Source: Eledone cirrhosa (Eukaryota). From it: 64,000 nt of DNA. The first letter of the stretch is position 1. Each line of letters opens with the position of its first letter. The translations under genes were made by a program, and so were the position numbers. Of the stretch, positions 1-13,300 are shown piece after piece. The notes beneath the pieces are model-generated. The model worked only from the letters and a program-made list of their open reading frames with translations, did not search any database and was not told where the DNA came from. The DNA lies in the NCBI GenBank assembly GCA_964016885.1, contig OZ024745.1, forward strand, positions 123,380,001-123,444,000. The letters are read 5' to 3'.

Positions 1-360
1 AAAGACTTGACGGTCTTGCTCTGTGCTCCTGGTCAAGAGGCAGGTGCCTTACCTGGGACGTCACAGTTAGTGACTATTTTGCTTCTTCCCACATCCAGCG
101 GTAAGGGCGAGAACTACAGCATCCACAGCTGAACCGAATAAAATACTAAAATACCGTGTTCTGTCAGTTAACTACATTATCCAGCCTGTGGCGTTCGAGA
201 CGTTTGGGAGAGTCGGGCTACTGACAGCAAGGTTCTTATCTTCACTGGCGGCTCGCCAAACAGAGGTAACTGGTGATGCTCATGAGGGCACTTGCTTGTT
301 CCAGCACCTCAGCCTCGCCATCGCCACAGGTAATGCTGCGAGTGTGCTGGCCTGCCTCAA
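1..360 (+). mobile_element. 3' end of a CRE-like non-LTR retrotransposon (restriction-like endonuclease domain), disrupted
   Basis: Frame from nt 3 reads RLDGLALCSWSRGRCLTWDVTVSD...*. After a frameshift it reads AEPNKILKYRVLSVNYIIQPVAFETFG...LFQHLSLAIATGNAASVL, matching the (R)PDG..W..G..L.WDVT / K..KY / PVA.ET.G / QRLS.A..GNA pattern of RLE-type retroposons. Confidence 0.75.
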
Positions 361-829
361 AAATTATATAGTTTCCCAGTACTCCTCGCTATATTATCTT
401 TTGCTCTGCATTTTGTTCTATGGGGTCTAAGATGTGTGTATTACCTTTCTTTTTTTCCTTTCCCTTTCCTTTATATATATTATATTTGTTAGTGTTTTCG
501 TTCTGTAACCATTATAGTAAATTTTTATACAAATGAGTTTAAAAAAAAAGAGTTATAAATAAATAAAATGTTATACTTGTTTTACTCTCCCATTCATCAA
601 ATGCTGCTATCATGACTGTACGTGTGTATTTGTGTAAATGTATGTGTGAGAATGTGTGTTTGTGTAAATGTATATGTGTGAAAGAAAGTATGTGTATTTG
701 TGTGAATGTATGTCCGTGAGCGTGTATTTTTATAAGTTTGTGTTTGCGCAATTATAGTTATATACTCATACATATAGATGTATGTGTACATACACACACA
801 TATGCGTCAGCGTGTAGAAAATCATATTA

Positions 830-1112
830 ACTCTATCTGTATCTCTCTCATCACACACTCTCTCTTTGTTAGTTGAAGTGGTGGCGGCGGTGATATACTG
901 GAAGTGTAGAAATTTGAAACTTTGAAAAAGAAGTCAATTTTAAATAAGCAATAAAATTACTTATATTAAATTTTATCAAAAATTACGAAATTTAGTACAT
1001 AAATTATGTAATATTCATTATTTATTCAAAGTAATCCAACTTATTTTACTAGCTGGATTAAAAGAAATAAACCGTACGCAGTGTCACACTCCTTACTTTA
1101 TTATAGTATAGA
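830..1112. repeat. Dispersed repeat, possibly a Helitron/Helentron-associated non-autonomous element
   Basis: Homologous to ~48420-48765 (shared gatatac.ggaagtg, gtaatccaactt, aataaaccgtacgcagt); ends tttattatagtatagat. Confidence 0.5.
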
Positions 1113-2019
1113 TTAAAAAATGTATTATGATTTTTTTCATATTACATGGCATAATATAATATAATATAAATTTTGTTAACTTACATTACCACAATTAACT
1201 CAGACATATTTACGATTGCATTCTTTCGGTCATTACCCAAGATTCCTATTCATAGGTAAAGGTATACATGAATACCGAATTGAAGATAACAAGTTTGACT
1301 TTTACACCTACCTCCCTTCTTCTGATGACTGAGTGTTGAAGCTTGCACATTTTTGTACCAGCTCCAGCAATTCTTAGCCTCCTGCCTTCTGACAAAAATG
1401 GAGTTCCTCCAAAATGTCTTTGGAGTAATGTTACTTGTTGGGTGCGTAGCTTGGAAATCAGGTAGAATCATTACTGGTCTGCATTAAAAGTTCACAGCTC
1501 CGGTATTACAGACATGTGGCTAGAATGTCTATGGAAAGAATCACAGGACAAATTTTACAAGCAAAGCCAACTGGCAGGTGACTCAGAAGTAGGCCACAAG
1601 CAAGATGGTTAGATAACATCCATAGACTTGTTGGTCTCACTTAATGATCCAGCCTGATCATGTGTAGATTTTTGCTTCTGATATGAAATGGTTCTAGAAG
1701 ACTCAGACAAATTAGTGAAAATAATATGTAATTACAGGTAATATTATCTAACACCGATAATTGTAATGACAAAATAGTGATAAAAACAGAAGTAATTATA
1801 ATAATAATTAGTGAGCTTGCACTGTCAAAATTGATGGTGATTCACATATATTAAAAGTTATTCATATGCATGACTTATGGAATGGGTAAAAAAGCCTATG
1901 GTATTTATAGCCCTGACAATAGATGACTTGAAGTAGAAGAGAAGGGAGGATTCTGAGATGGATGCATAACTGAGCATTTAAATCCTTCTGATTATACATC
2001 GTTAGATTAGAGATAAACA

Positions 2020-2150
2020 ATTGTTTCTACTTTTGGCACAAGGCCAGCAATTAACCCAGTGTATTACATTTTATCGACCCTGTAAGGATGAAAGGTAAAG
2101 TTAACCTTGGCAGGATTTGAACTCAGACCATAAAGGGCCATAGCTCTATG
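2020..2150 (-). mobile_element. tRNA-derived SINE with Meta-like core (family S1), partial
   Basis: Minus strand has a B box (GAGTTCAAATCC) and the core cctttcatccttac.gggtcgataaaat; many copies in the window. Confidence 0.8.
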
Positions 2151-2369
2151 CATTAGAGATAAATAATGTATTAAAGTCAGTTGATATAAATTACTTACAT
2201 TTGCTGTAAATGTATAAAATGCAATACGAAAGAAATATGACCATTGAGCAACACATTTGTATACATAAGTAATAATATAATTGTTTCTACTTTTGGCACG
2301 AGGCCAGCAATTATCCCAGTGCATTACTGGTACTTTATTACATAAGTAATAATATAATGCTGGTTCAAA

Positions 2370-2620
2370 TCTCTCTATATAAAAACGAAAATGTCTGTCT
2401 GTTTGCAGTCGATGCATTTCCAATTTCCATCCGATTTTGTTCAAATTTGATACATAGGTTATTTCACTCTTGGAGCATATCAACATATATTTTAAATCTT
2501 GCTAGCTCCTAAAATAGCAGAGTTCTGGGGCTATTTAAAGACAACCATGTTGAGGAGAGATGGGGTCTTTATTTACAGTGGTGAAAGGTGTGCCTGGCAA
2601 CAACGGGCTCTTTTGCTAGT
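2370..2620 (+). mobile_element. Non-autonomous Helitron-like element
   Basis: Begins a|tctctctatataaaa, carries (tgtc)n, and ends in a GC-rich subterminal segment then ctag|t (TC...CTAG between A and T). Confidence 0.5.
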
Positions 2621-2886
2621 TATAAATAAACCACATTTCTTTACTTTTATCCTCACTATCTCTCTTGTTGAGCCTCTTTCTCTATTTCTCTATCCCCCTT
2701 TTTCTCAGTTTTTATCTCACATATTCTATTACACATGTGTGTAGTATTTGTGATGTCAAACTCTGTTTTTCTTCTTCCTTAGTCTTTCTTTGACACTACT
2801 TTTCTATTTCTCTGGTCATAAAAACCATATACTCTCTCTCTCTCTTACTCTTCCCCCTATCTCTCCTCCTTCTCTACTAGCAGTTT

Positions 2887-3120
2887 TTAACCCTTTCACA
2901 TTTAAACCGGCCATATCCTGCCAGAATTCTCTTGCCTCTTTCGGTTCAAAGTGGCCATAAATGACCACTGATACTGATGTTAAGGTATTGTTCTCAAAAT
3001 AGATATCATAATCAAAATCTCGTAGATTCAATATTATGTGAGATAATTATGTAAGATAAAAGCTTTACCCCCAAAATACATTAGTATATATATAGAATAA
3101 TGTAAATGTTAAAGGATTAA
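2887..3120 (+). mobile_element. piggyBac-type MITE (family M1)
   Basis: TTAA-ccctt...aaagg-TTAA ends; ~230-bp body shared with about 11 other copies. Confidence 0.8.
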
Positions 3121-3850
3121 AGACATTTTGCTTTCTAAAGCAGGGATTAGATTAGCAGGTCTCATGGCAGACTTCATAAGATATCATGGGGTCACTCTTA
3201 TGGCAATGTTGTACGGTTGGATGCTCTTTCTAGTGTCAACCCTGCTAGTAACCTCGTATGACATGCGAGGATACTGTGTAACTATTCTAATCCAGAAACA
3301 CACAGTAAAAAACAACATAAAATCCCTGCTACCTTTGTAACTAAATTAAAAACCATTGTCTGCATTGCATCGCCCCACCACAGACATAAAGCCTACCACC
3401 CTCTCCCATTCCCCCTCCATTCTGTAGTCTTATAGTCCTTGCTTTTCCCCTTTTCTCTCATTTATGGCATTTATAGCTATTTCTCCTTCATTCCTATACA
3501 ACCAGATCTGACCCCCCCCCCCCCCTAACTCTGTTGCTTAGTTTCGTTTTTATCCCTTTTTTTTTCTTTTACTTTCATATTTCCATCAATATTTGCAATG
3601 CTATTTATACAGTTGTGAATTGATTTATTGTCTGTAATTCTATTAAAGTTTCTAATTTAGACACAAATCCTGCTTTTTTTTTTGTGGATGGAAAGTTGAT
3701 TAAAACCGCTATCAAATATGACTGGTATTTTCTTAATTCGAAAAGGATGAAATGGTACATTGACTTTCTGGGTATTTGGATTTCGGTTCTTAAGCACTAA
3801 GTATTTTGCCTGATGTTCTAATGATATTGTCAGTCAACCACCCTAATAAT

Positions 3851-4305
3851 GGTTTCTTATATAGGCACAGGGCCAGCAATTTTTGGGGAAGGGGAAAGTC
3901 GATTAAATTGACCCCAGTATGTTACTGGTGCTTTATTTTATCGACCCCTGTAAGGATGAAAGGCAAAGTTAACTTTGGCGGGATTTGAACCTAGGCCGTA
4001 AAGGGCCGTAACTCTATGCTTCAAAGCATGGTGTCCGACCCTCTATTGATACTGCCAATCCACTGCCCTTGATTTCTAGTATAGGCACAAGGCCAGTAAT
4101 ATGGAGGGAGGGGAAAGTCGATTAAATCGACCCCAGTGCGTGACTGGTATTTTATTTCATCGACCCCATAAGGATGAAAGGCAAAGTTAACCTTGGTGGG
4201 ATTTGAACTCTGATCATAAAGGGCCGCAACTCTATGCTGCAAAGCATGGCGTCCGACTCTTAATAATAGTTTCTAATTTAGGCACAAGGCCAGCAATTTT
4301 GGGGG
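3851..4305 (-). mobile_element. Two tandem S1 SINEs plus a third 3' fragment
   Basis: Repeated ggcacaaggccag...tcgacccc.taaggatgaaaggcaaagttaac...gggatttgaac units. Confidence 0.8.
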
Positions 4306-6058
4306 ATAAACAACCTATAGAAACAGAAATGTGATAAGGTGGTTAATAAGGATTGTTCGTGGTTGCTGTCAATGGCTGAAGCCAGTTTGAATATTAGAAA
4401 TGAGGGGAGGAACATCATCACTGTTTAATGTCCATTTTTCTACACTAGCATGGGTTAGATGAGTTGTTGTGAGCAATGCCAGATCAGGTAACCATGTCTT
4501 GTTGATACAGAACTAAGAGAGAGAGAGAGAGGCTTTGAATACCAATCTATAAATCTAATTAACCATATATAGTGTAATACTCATTAATACAGACAGCAAA
4601 CAGTGACAATCCAAATACAATTAATAATACAATCTATAAATAGACTCAGAAATTGAACAAAATATTTAAAGATTGTTTTGTCACAGATATCAAATCATCA
4701 TCATCATCATCATCACTGTTTGTCTATTTTCCATGTTTGCATGTGTTAGATGGGTCCATCACCTTATGAAACTAGACAGGTCAGGCAGCCATGTCTTGCT
4801 CATATTCTCTGTTTTTAGCTTGTTTTTTGTTTTCTGTGGTTGGATGCCCTTCCTAATGCCAACCAATTTACAGAGTGGACTGAGTGCTTTTTGAAAAGCA
4901 TCATGAAATGAATCATCTTGCTCAAGTACACAATGCATTATCTAACCCAAGAATCGAACCCATGACAATATGATCATGTGTTTAACACCCTAACTATTAA
5001 GGCCACTTTTATTTCTGTCTCTCGTCCTTATACATTTGTTTTTCCATACTGGCATAAATTGGACTGTTTGTCACCATCCATATAGTCTTGCATACTCAGT
5101 TGATTTTTCTGTTGTGAATGTCTTACAGTATGAACTGGCTATGTTACATTATACAACTGGCACCAGATTCGTTGTCCCAAATGATCTCCTCCCATCCTAC
5201 CTGTCTATCCTATATCAGTCCTTATTTATTGATCAACTCTATATCACTCCTCCACAGTATTATCCTTCTGACTCATTTACATTTAGAGAGATAAAAAAAA
5301 AAGAAGAAAAATTCAAATAAATTGTGTAAACATTTCCTGAAATAGATTAATTTTTATGGGAAAATAGTTTCACTGAAGATAACAAATATTTTCCTATTGA
5401 ACTGTTCATTTGTCATAAAAATAGGTGAAGATGAACCATTTCAACAACAACAGCATGATATAAATAAAATATAAAAACAGTTGTGATGAGCACATTGTAT
5501 TAATCATTGAATTTATTACATGAGATTGTTTTCTGTGTACAGTGGAGATTTTCTTTACGTATGATTAATGGTTAAGTCATTGATTTATCTTGATTCTAGC
5601 AGCCTGAGTTGTCTGTACTTTTCTGTTTCCATTGCAGAAATATTTTGACTAAGCTCTCTATTTTAGTTTTTTTCAAAAGCTTTCTGATTAAAAAAACCAA
5701 CAACAAGATTCCTCTTATGATTGTTTGATATAACAGTCTTCTATTTTCCCAAATTCAATAAAAAGCTATTTTTGTTGTCCGGTTTCCTTTCTGGTTATTT
5801 GTTAAAGCTGTAATTGTACAATTGTTAGTGAAAGTATATTTCCAATGTCTTCTATTCTTATATTTTATCAAGACGTGAATAGTTTAAGCAATGCTTTCTT
5901 ATCTAATAGTTTAGTTTGTACTGGAGAAAAATACAGAAACTTCTTCAAAAGTAGACGGAAAAAATTAATTAAAGAAAAGTTTGAAGGCAATGATATATAC
6001 TCCATAGATACGTGACTTTTAGTAAATGTTCTTAGATAGCCTTAGTTATACTCTAGGT

Positions 6059-6225
6059 CAGGGTTTCTCGAACTTTTTCAAACGTGGAACCCTTTTTGAT
6101 TCAGAAACTTTTGGGGGAACACCAAAGTCTAATACTGTTATATGGTCGTAATATAAATATACTCCTCTACGTTTTTTCATGGGACCCCAGGCACTTCTTT
6201 GTGGAACCCACTTTGGGAACCACTG
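6059..6225. mobile_element. hAT (Charlie-like) MITE
   Basis: Termini cagggtttctc / gggaaccactg; imperfect 8-bp TSD ctctaggt / ctccagtt. Confidence 0.6.
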
Positions 6226-7248
6226 CTCCAGTTCATCAGTTCCCAACCTTTCTCAGTCACAACATATTTTGGCATGTCAGTAATCCTCCATATTTAAAAA
6301 AATATATTTGAATAGGGTGCACTTAACTCCTTTATGGAATGCACTGTCAATGTGTTTCAATTAATTTTGAAAATAATGAAGAATTTGAAGTATTTAATAA
6401 AATAACTTTTTTCATTATTTTTTAATAACAAGAGTTTCTTCCATAAAAGGTATGACTGTAAACACCTTAAAAGAAATACTTTTGCATCATAGAATCAGGG
6501 TCATTTTCAGACAGGTTTATATTAAAAGGGTTACTTTTATTAGGGAAATATGCCCCAGTTTTTGTTTGCATTAAAGGTTATTAAACATTTCAAAAGTAAA
6601 AATGTTGTTTTGTCACCCATTTAGAATGTGATGTAATGACCTAAATAAGCCATTGTCCATAGGTTAGAAACTGATGCTCTAATCTGTGGCCAGTTAATCA
6701 ATTATGGGTGGCTCAAGATGCCAAAATGTTAAATACATAAAAGAATTTTGAATGTATGTTAGTTTAAAGTTAACTGCTTCAATGCAGAGTTTCTTTATGA
6801 AAAAACAGTTGAACAAGTTGGGCACATAAGCCTCTAGAGATAGAAAAAGTGGACAACTTTAAATTTTCCTGCTATTTTTCTCAGTGAATATTAATTGTTA
6901 TTTGAAGGAGCCCTTAAATACAACTGTTGATTCTCAGTGGCTATATATGATCGTGAAGCAAAACCCTGCTCCTACAGTGTTAAGCTTAACTGACTAGTTC
7001 TGAGTGTGTGAAAGAGGAAGTATCTAGGTTTGGTCTTCTACAAATACCAGCCAAATTTCTCTTAAACTACACACTGTTGTCTTGAAAAAGGTTTACATTG
7101 GATGATGTGTTGGATACACTGATAATTAAAAATGAGAGAATCACAACCAGAATATATTTGATCATAGTTCTTCTTGCTCAAGACTGTCTTGGATCTGAAC
7201 AGCAGTTAGAAGTTGTGATCTTTCTCTCTATGTGAGCATGTTCTAGAG

Positions 7249-7277
7249 CAGTCATGGGTAACCTGTTGCCATGCCTG
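7249..7277. mobile_element. 29-bp TIR-only hAT remnant
   Basis: cagtcatgggtaac-ct-gttgccatgcctg flanked by ttctagag / ttctagaa; same TIR as at 37254 and 37981. Confidence 0.6.
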
Positions 7278-7599
7278 TTCTAGAATTTTACACTTTGAAT
7301 GTCTTGTCTCAGCATTGAACACAGGTCTTATTGCCTTTTAATTAGGTTATTTGTTTTATGAAGAGGAAGTAGAGGTTGTTTTGGGCAGCAACCACTAGTC
7401 AATTTCCAGATCCATTTCTTATGCAGATAAAACCCTTTCCAGATTATCATTCTAGCATTCTAGCAAATATATTTTGATTACTAAAGAAGCTACTTCACCA
7501 ATCTTGTTTTGGTTACACTGGGCCATTATAAAATTCAGAAGTTCTCTTTTTAAAGTAAAAACTATGCATAGTTTCTCTGATTATTGTTCTTATCATCAA

Positions 7600-8048
7600 G
7601 GGCGTTGGATTGGCAGTATTGGTAGGGCATGGGACAATATGCTTTGCGGCATAGTCATGGCCATTTACATTCTGAGGTCAAATCCCACTGAGGTTAGCTT
7701 TGCCTTTTATCCTTATATTGTTGATAAAATAAAGCACTAGTAATGCACTTGCGTCAATTTAATTGTCTTTCTCCTCCCCCAAATTGCTGGCCTTGTGCCT
7801 ATAGTAGACATCATTATTCTTATCAAGGGTGGGGGACTGGCAGTATCGGTAGTGTATTGGACAATATGCTTTGCGGCATAGTCATGGCCCTTTACATTCT
7901 GAGCTCATATTCTACTGAGGTTAGCTTTGCCTTTCATCCTTACATGGTTGATAAAATAAAGCACCAGTAATGCACTGGGGTCGATTTAATTAACTTTCCT
8001 CTCGCACCAAAATTGTTGGCCTTGTGCCTAAATCAGAAACCATTATTA
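7600..8048 (+). mobile_element. Two tandem S1 SINEs
   Basis: A-box-like tggcagtat.gg, B-box-like segment, core gcctttcatcc..gttgataaaataaagcac, (att)n tail. Confidence 0.75.
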
Positions 8049-9290
8049 TCATGACCATTAATTAAAATTTTCCAGGGTAACTGATAGGATGTCTGCTTGA
8101 TTTATACTAATTGCTGTAAATATATATAAACAGAAACAAAGTAACTTTGTAACTTAAATAAAAGGTATTTACATCAGCAATAATTAATGAGATCTCTTAA
8201 ATGAATCTTAGCACGTAAGGTCTTCATAGCCAATCACAATTTGAATGTACTATAAACGAGTATAATTAACACCTTTCAGAGATTTCAGAGCTTGTGAAAT
8301 TTGACTTTTAGTCTTTCGATACACACCTTTATGAAAGATTATTGTAACAAGTATCAGCTACAATCTGTTGTGGAAGAATGGCTTTGCCCTTCTAGTTTTA
8401 TTGTTAGCCACATAAAGGAAATCTCTGAATAGCGAAATAAAAGGACATTATTATTGATAATTTTGTACTTTCTTGGAGATATCAAGAAATTTTTCACCAC
8501 TATTTTTGAATAACTTTATGGTAGGATTAATTTTCTCTTCACTTTAAAATATTTCTTCTTTCCTTCACAAATAATCCATTCTGCTGTTGCTATGAAATTT
8601 ACTTTGTGCTGGTCTGCCAAGAGAATATTGCAGTTGAAAAACCCCAACAATGCATTTCAGTAATGTTATATAACAATAGTGTTCTTGCTGCATTTATGGT
8701 TCATGTTCAACAGAACAGCTGCACCATGTAATGTAGTTATTGTTATAATAATATTACTGGTGATTATTAGAGTTACAATAGAATATACATCCTAGCCCTT
8801 TTAGCTATGCTATGTGTATGTTATGTTATGCTATGTAAGGTTGTTATATATTTATTGGTATGAAAATATAGGTTTGAGTAATATTGATACACATCACTGA
8901 TTCTAGTTATAACAATTGCAGAATTGTGTATATCTAATATTTTAATGAAATTGTTGGTGGTGCCATGTATATATGATTGTCACTTTGGTTGCCAAAATGT
9001 TGGAATTTGGCAGATAACTAGCACAGTAATTTCTCCATTAGAAATTTGTACCTAGCTTTTTTTCCCCCACTTCGAAATTGGTTTCAGTTTTTACTAAGTT
9101 TTTTTTTTTTCCCTTAATAATTGGCAGAAGTTGGATAGTATTTACTAACTTTCCTCTTTTTGAAGCAATAAGAATAATAAGATTGGGGGGAGTGATGATG
9201 GGGGTTGAATGAAAACCAACTAAAAGACTAGGAAACTTTTTATTTGAATGGTTGGTTCGGGAATTGGGAAAAAAAACAAACTTGTAGAGA

Positions 9291-9548
9291 TTAACACTTT
9301 TGATACCAAACCACCTGAAACACCGCTGGTTCTAGGATGGAAAACTATATTTTAAAGTATTTATATTTATCCCAAAGCTTTCCATCATAATTCTCTGTAA
9401 GAACCTTTCTTATGTTCCAAACCCTAACTTAATTTTGAGGAAGTTTATTATTTTACTAAAACTGTTAACATTTTTGATTATTTTCAAAATAATTTAAAAT
9501 CTATAGTCAGTGTCTTTTTGTTAGAAATATGGTAATGAACGGGTGAAT
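9291..9548. mobile_element. Old piggyBac-type MITE (family M3)
   Basis: Degenerate ttaa-c.cttttgatacca ... tggtaatgaa.gggt.aa ends; related pieces near 34915, 36480, 61560, 62540 and 62970. Confidence 0.45.
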
Positions 9549-9605
9549 GTGTTAAGTTTTCGTAGTCTTTGGTAGGTATATGTGTATCATGGAATATATG
9601 TAATA

Positions 9606-9786
9606 ATTGTTTCTACGTTTGGCACAAGGCCAGCAATTACCCAGTGCATTACTGGTACTTTATTTTATCGACCCCGTAAGGATGAAAGGCAAAGTTAATC
9701 TCGGCGGGATTTGAACTCAGAATGGCAAGGGCCGTAACTCTATGCATCAAAGCATGGCATCCGACCCTCTACTGATACTGCCAATC
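9606..9786 (-). mobile_element. S1 SINE, near full length
   Basis: Minus strand: tggcagtatcag (A box), gagttcaaatcc (B box), Meta-like core, agaaacaattatta tail. Confidence 0.85.
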
Positions 9787-10340
9787 AGTTTCAACTAGTT
9801 CCAGTCTAGAACTAGCTGTTGAACTGGCAAGAGCTCAGCTGTAGGGCTCCAACTCTTTATAATATACCCATAATCTACTATCGTAAATATTGAGTACTCT
9901 ATTGAGTAATCGTCTAACTATTTTTAAACTGGTTCAAGGAAAAGCAAACGTCAAATGATTAGGTAATGGAATAATTATATTGTGTTGTTTATTATATAAT
10001 TAAATAGCTCTGTTCTATATATAGAGCACTCTTCTTTCCTTTACATTTTCTACAGAAATACATAGCACACACACACACACATATAATTGTTTTTATATTT
10101 TTGTTTTATTTTTTTATTCTGTTATTCATTTGATAACTAATTTCTAGTTTATTGTAGGTAATTAGTTTTGCTAGTAATAATGTGCTTTGCTGGAGTGGTT
10201 GTAAGTCATGTGTAAGTAGTTAGCTAGTATCACTCGTTGCTACAAAATAGCTGCTTAATTAATGTAAACAAAGCTTTTCACAGTAACTTTTTGGTATGTA
10301 TGGTGAGATAAATATGTTGAGGTATTTGCTGTCGGGTGGG

Positions 10341-13300
10341 TATTGATGGGTGTTGTTGAGTAATGTTGGTTGTTGTTGGGTAATGCTGGTTGTTGTTGGG
10401 TAATGTTGGTTGTTGTTGGGTGTTGTTGAGTAATGTTGGTTGTTGTTGGGTAATGTTGGGTGTTGTTGAGTACTGATGGGTGTTGTTGGGTAATGTTGGG
10501 TGTTGTTGAGTACTGATGGGTGTTGTTGGCTACTGTTGGTTGTTGTTGGGTAATGTTGGGTGTTGTTGGGTAATGTTGGGTGTTGTTGGGTACTGTTGGG
10601 TGTTGTTGGGTAATGTTGGGTGTTGTTGGGTACTGTTGGTTGTTGTTGGGTAATGTTGGGTAATGTTGGGTGTTGTTGGGTACTGTTGGTTGTTGTTGGG
10701 TAATGTTGGGTGTTGTTGGGTACTGTTGGTTGTTGTTGGGTACTGTTGGTTGTTGTTGGGTAATGTTGGGTAATGTTGGGTGTTGTTGGGTACTGTTGGG
10801 TGTTGTTGGGTAATGTTGGGTAATGTTGGGTGTTGTTGGCTACTGTTGGTTGTTGTTGGGTAATGTTGGGTACTGTTGGGTGTTGTTGGGTACTGTTGGT
10901 TGTTGTTGGGTAATGTTGGGTAATGTTGGGTGTTGTTGGCTACTGTTGGTTGTTGTTGGGTAATATTGGGTGTTGTTGGGTACTGTTGGGTGTTGTTGGG
11001 TACTGTTGGTTGTTGTTGGGTAATGTTGGGTAATGTTGGGTGTTGTTGGGTACTGTTGGGTGTTGTTGGGTAATGTTGGGTGTTGTTGGGTACTGTTGGG
11101 TGTTGTTGGGTACTGTTGGTTGTTGTTGGGTAATGTTGGGTAATGTTGGGTGTTGTTGGGTACTGTTGGGTGTTGTTGGGTACTGTTGGTTGTTGTTGGG
11201 TAATGTTGGGTAATGTTGGGTGTTGTTGGGTGTTGTTGGGTTCTGTTGGTTGTTGTTGGGTAATGTTGGGTGTTGTTGGGTAATGTTGGGTAATGTTGGG
11301 TAATGTTGGGTGTTGTTGGCTACTGTTGGTTGTTGTTGGGTAATGTTGGGTGTTGTTGGGTACTGTTGGGTGTTGTTGGGTAATGTTGGGTAATGTTGGG
11401 TGTTGTTGGCTACTGTTGGTTGTTGTTGGGTAATGTTGGGTGTTGTTGGGTACTGTTGGGTGTTGTTGGGTAATGTTGGGTAATGTTGGGTGTTGTTGGG
11501 TACTGTTGGGTGTTGTTGGGTAATGTTGGGTACTGTTGGGTGTTGTTGGGTACTGTTGGTTGTTGTTGGGTAATGTTGGGTAATGTTGGGTGTTGTTGGG
11601 TACTGTTGGGTGTTGTTGGGTAATGTTGGGTACTGTTGGGTGTTGTTGGGTACTGTTGGTTGTTGTTGGGTAATGTTGGGTAATGTTGGGTGTTGTTGGG
11701 TACTGTTGGTTGTTGTTGGGTAATGTTGGGTGTTGTTGGGTACTGTTGGGTGTTGTTGGGTACTGTTGGTTGTTGTTGGGTAATGTTGGGTAATGTTGGG
11801 TGTTGTTGGGTACTGTTGGGTGTTGTTGGGTACTGTTGGTTGTTGTTGGGTAATGTTGGGTAATGTTGGGTGTTGTTGGGTAATGTTGGGTGTTGTTGGC
11901 TACTGTTGGTTGTTGTTGGGTAATGTTGGGTGTTGTTGGGTACTGTTGGGTGTTGTTGGGTAATGTTGGGTGTTGTTGGGTACTGTTGGGTGTTGTTGGG
12001 TACTGTTGGTTGTTGTTGGGTAATGTTGGGTAATGTTGGGTGTTGTTGGGTACTGTTGGTTGTTGTTGGGTAATGTTGGGTGTTGTTGGGTACTGTTGGT
12101 TGTTGTTGGGTACTGTTGGTTGTTGTTGGGTAATGTTGGGTAATGTTGGGTGTTGTTGGGTACTGTTGGGTGTTGTTGGGTAATGTTGGGTAATGTTGGG
12201 TGTTGTTGGCTACTGTTGGGTAATGTTGGGTGTTGTTGGGTAATGTTGGGTAATGTTGGGTGTTGTTGGGTACTGTTGGGTGTTGTTGGGTAATGTTGGG
12301 TAATGTTGGGTGTTGTTGGCTACTGTTGGGTGTTGTTGGGTAATGTTGGGTGTTGTTGGGTACTGTTGGGTGTTGTTGGGTACTGTTGGTTGTTGTTGGG
12401 TAATGTTGGGTAATGTTGGGTGTTGTTGGGTACTGTTGGGTGTTGTTGGGTAATGTTGGGTAATGTTGGGTGTTGTTGGGTGTTGTTGGGTAATGTTGGG
12501 TGTTGTTGAGTACTGATGGGTGTTGTTGGGTACTGTTGGTTGTTGTTGGGTAATGTTGGGTGTTGTTGGGTGTTGTTGGGTAATGTTGGGTGTTGTTGAG
12601 TACTGATGGGTGTTGTTGGGTACTGTTGGTTGTTGTTGGGTACTGTTGGTTGTTGTTGGGTAATGTTGGGTAATGTTGGGTACTGTTGGTTGTTGTTGGG
12701 TAATGTTGGGTAATGTTGGGTAATGTTGGGTGTTGTTGAGTACTGATGGGTGTTGTTGGGTACTGTTGGTTGTTGTTGGGTAATGTTGGGTAATGTTGGG
12801 TGTTGTTGGGTACTGTTGGGTGTTGTTGAGTAATGTTGGTTGTTGTTGGGTACTGTTGAGTGTTGTTGAGTAATGTTGGTTGTTGTTGGGTTCTGTTGGG
12901 TGTTGTTGGGTAATGTTGGGTAATGTTGGGTGTTGTTGGGTACTGTTGGGTGTTGTTGAGTAATGTTGGTTGTTGTTGGGTTCTGTTGGGTGTTGTTGGG
13001 TAATGTTGGTTGTTGTTGGGTTCTGTTGGTTGTTGTTGAGTAATGTTGGTTGTTGTTGGGTACTGCTGGGTGTTGTTGAGTAATGTTGGTTGTTGTTGGG
13101 TTCTGTTGGTTGTTGTTGGGTAATGTTGGGTAATGTTGGGTGTTGTTGGGTACTGTTGGGTGTTGTTGAGTAATGTTGGTTGTTGTTGGGTTCTGTTGGG
13201 TGTTGTTGGGTAATGTTGGTTGTTGTTGGGTACTGTTGGGTGTTGTTGAGTAATGTTGGTTGTTGTTGGGTACTGTTGGGTGTTGTTGAGTAATGTTGGT

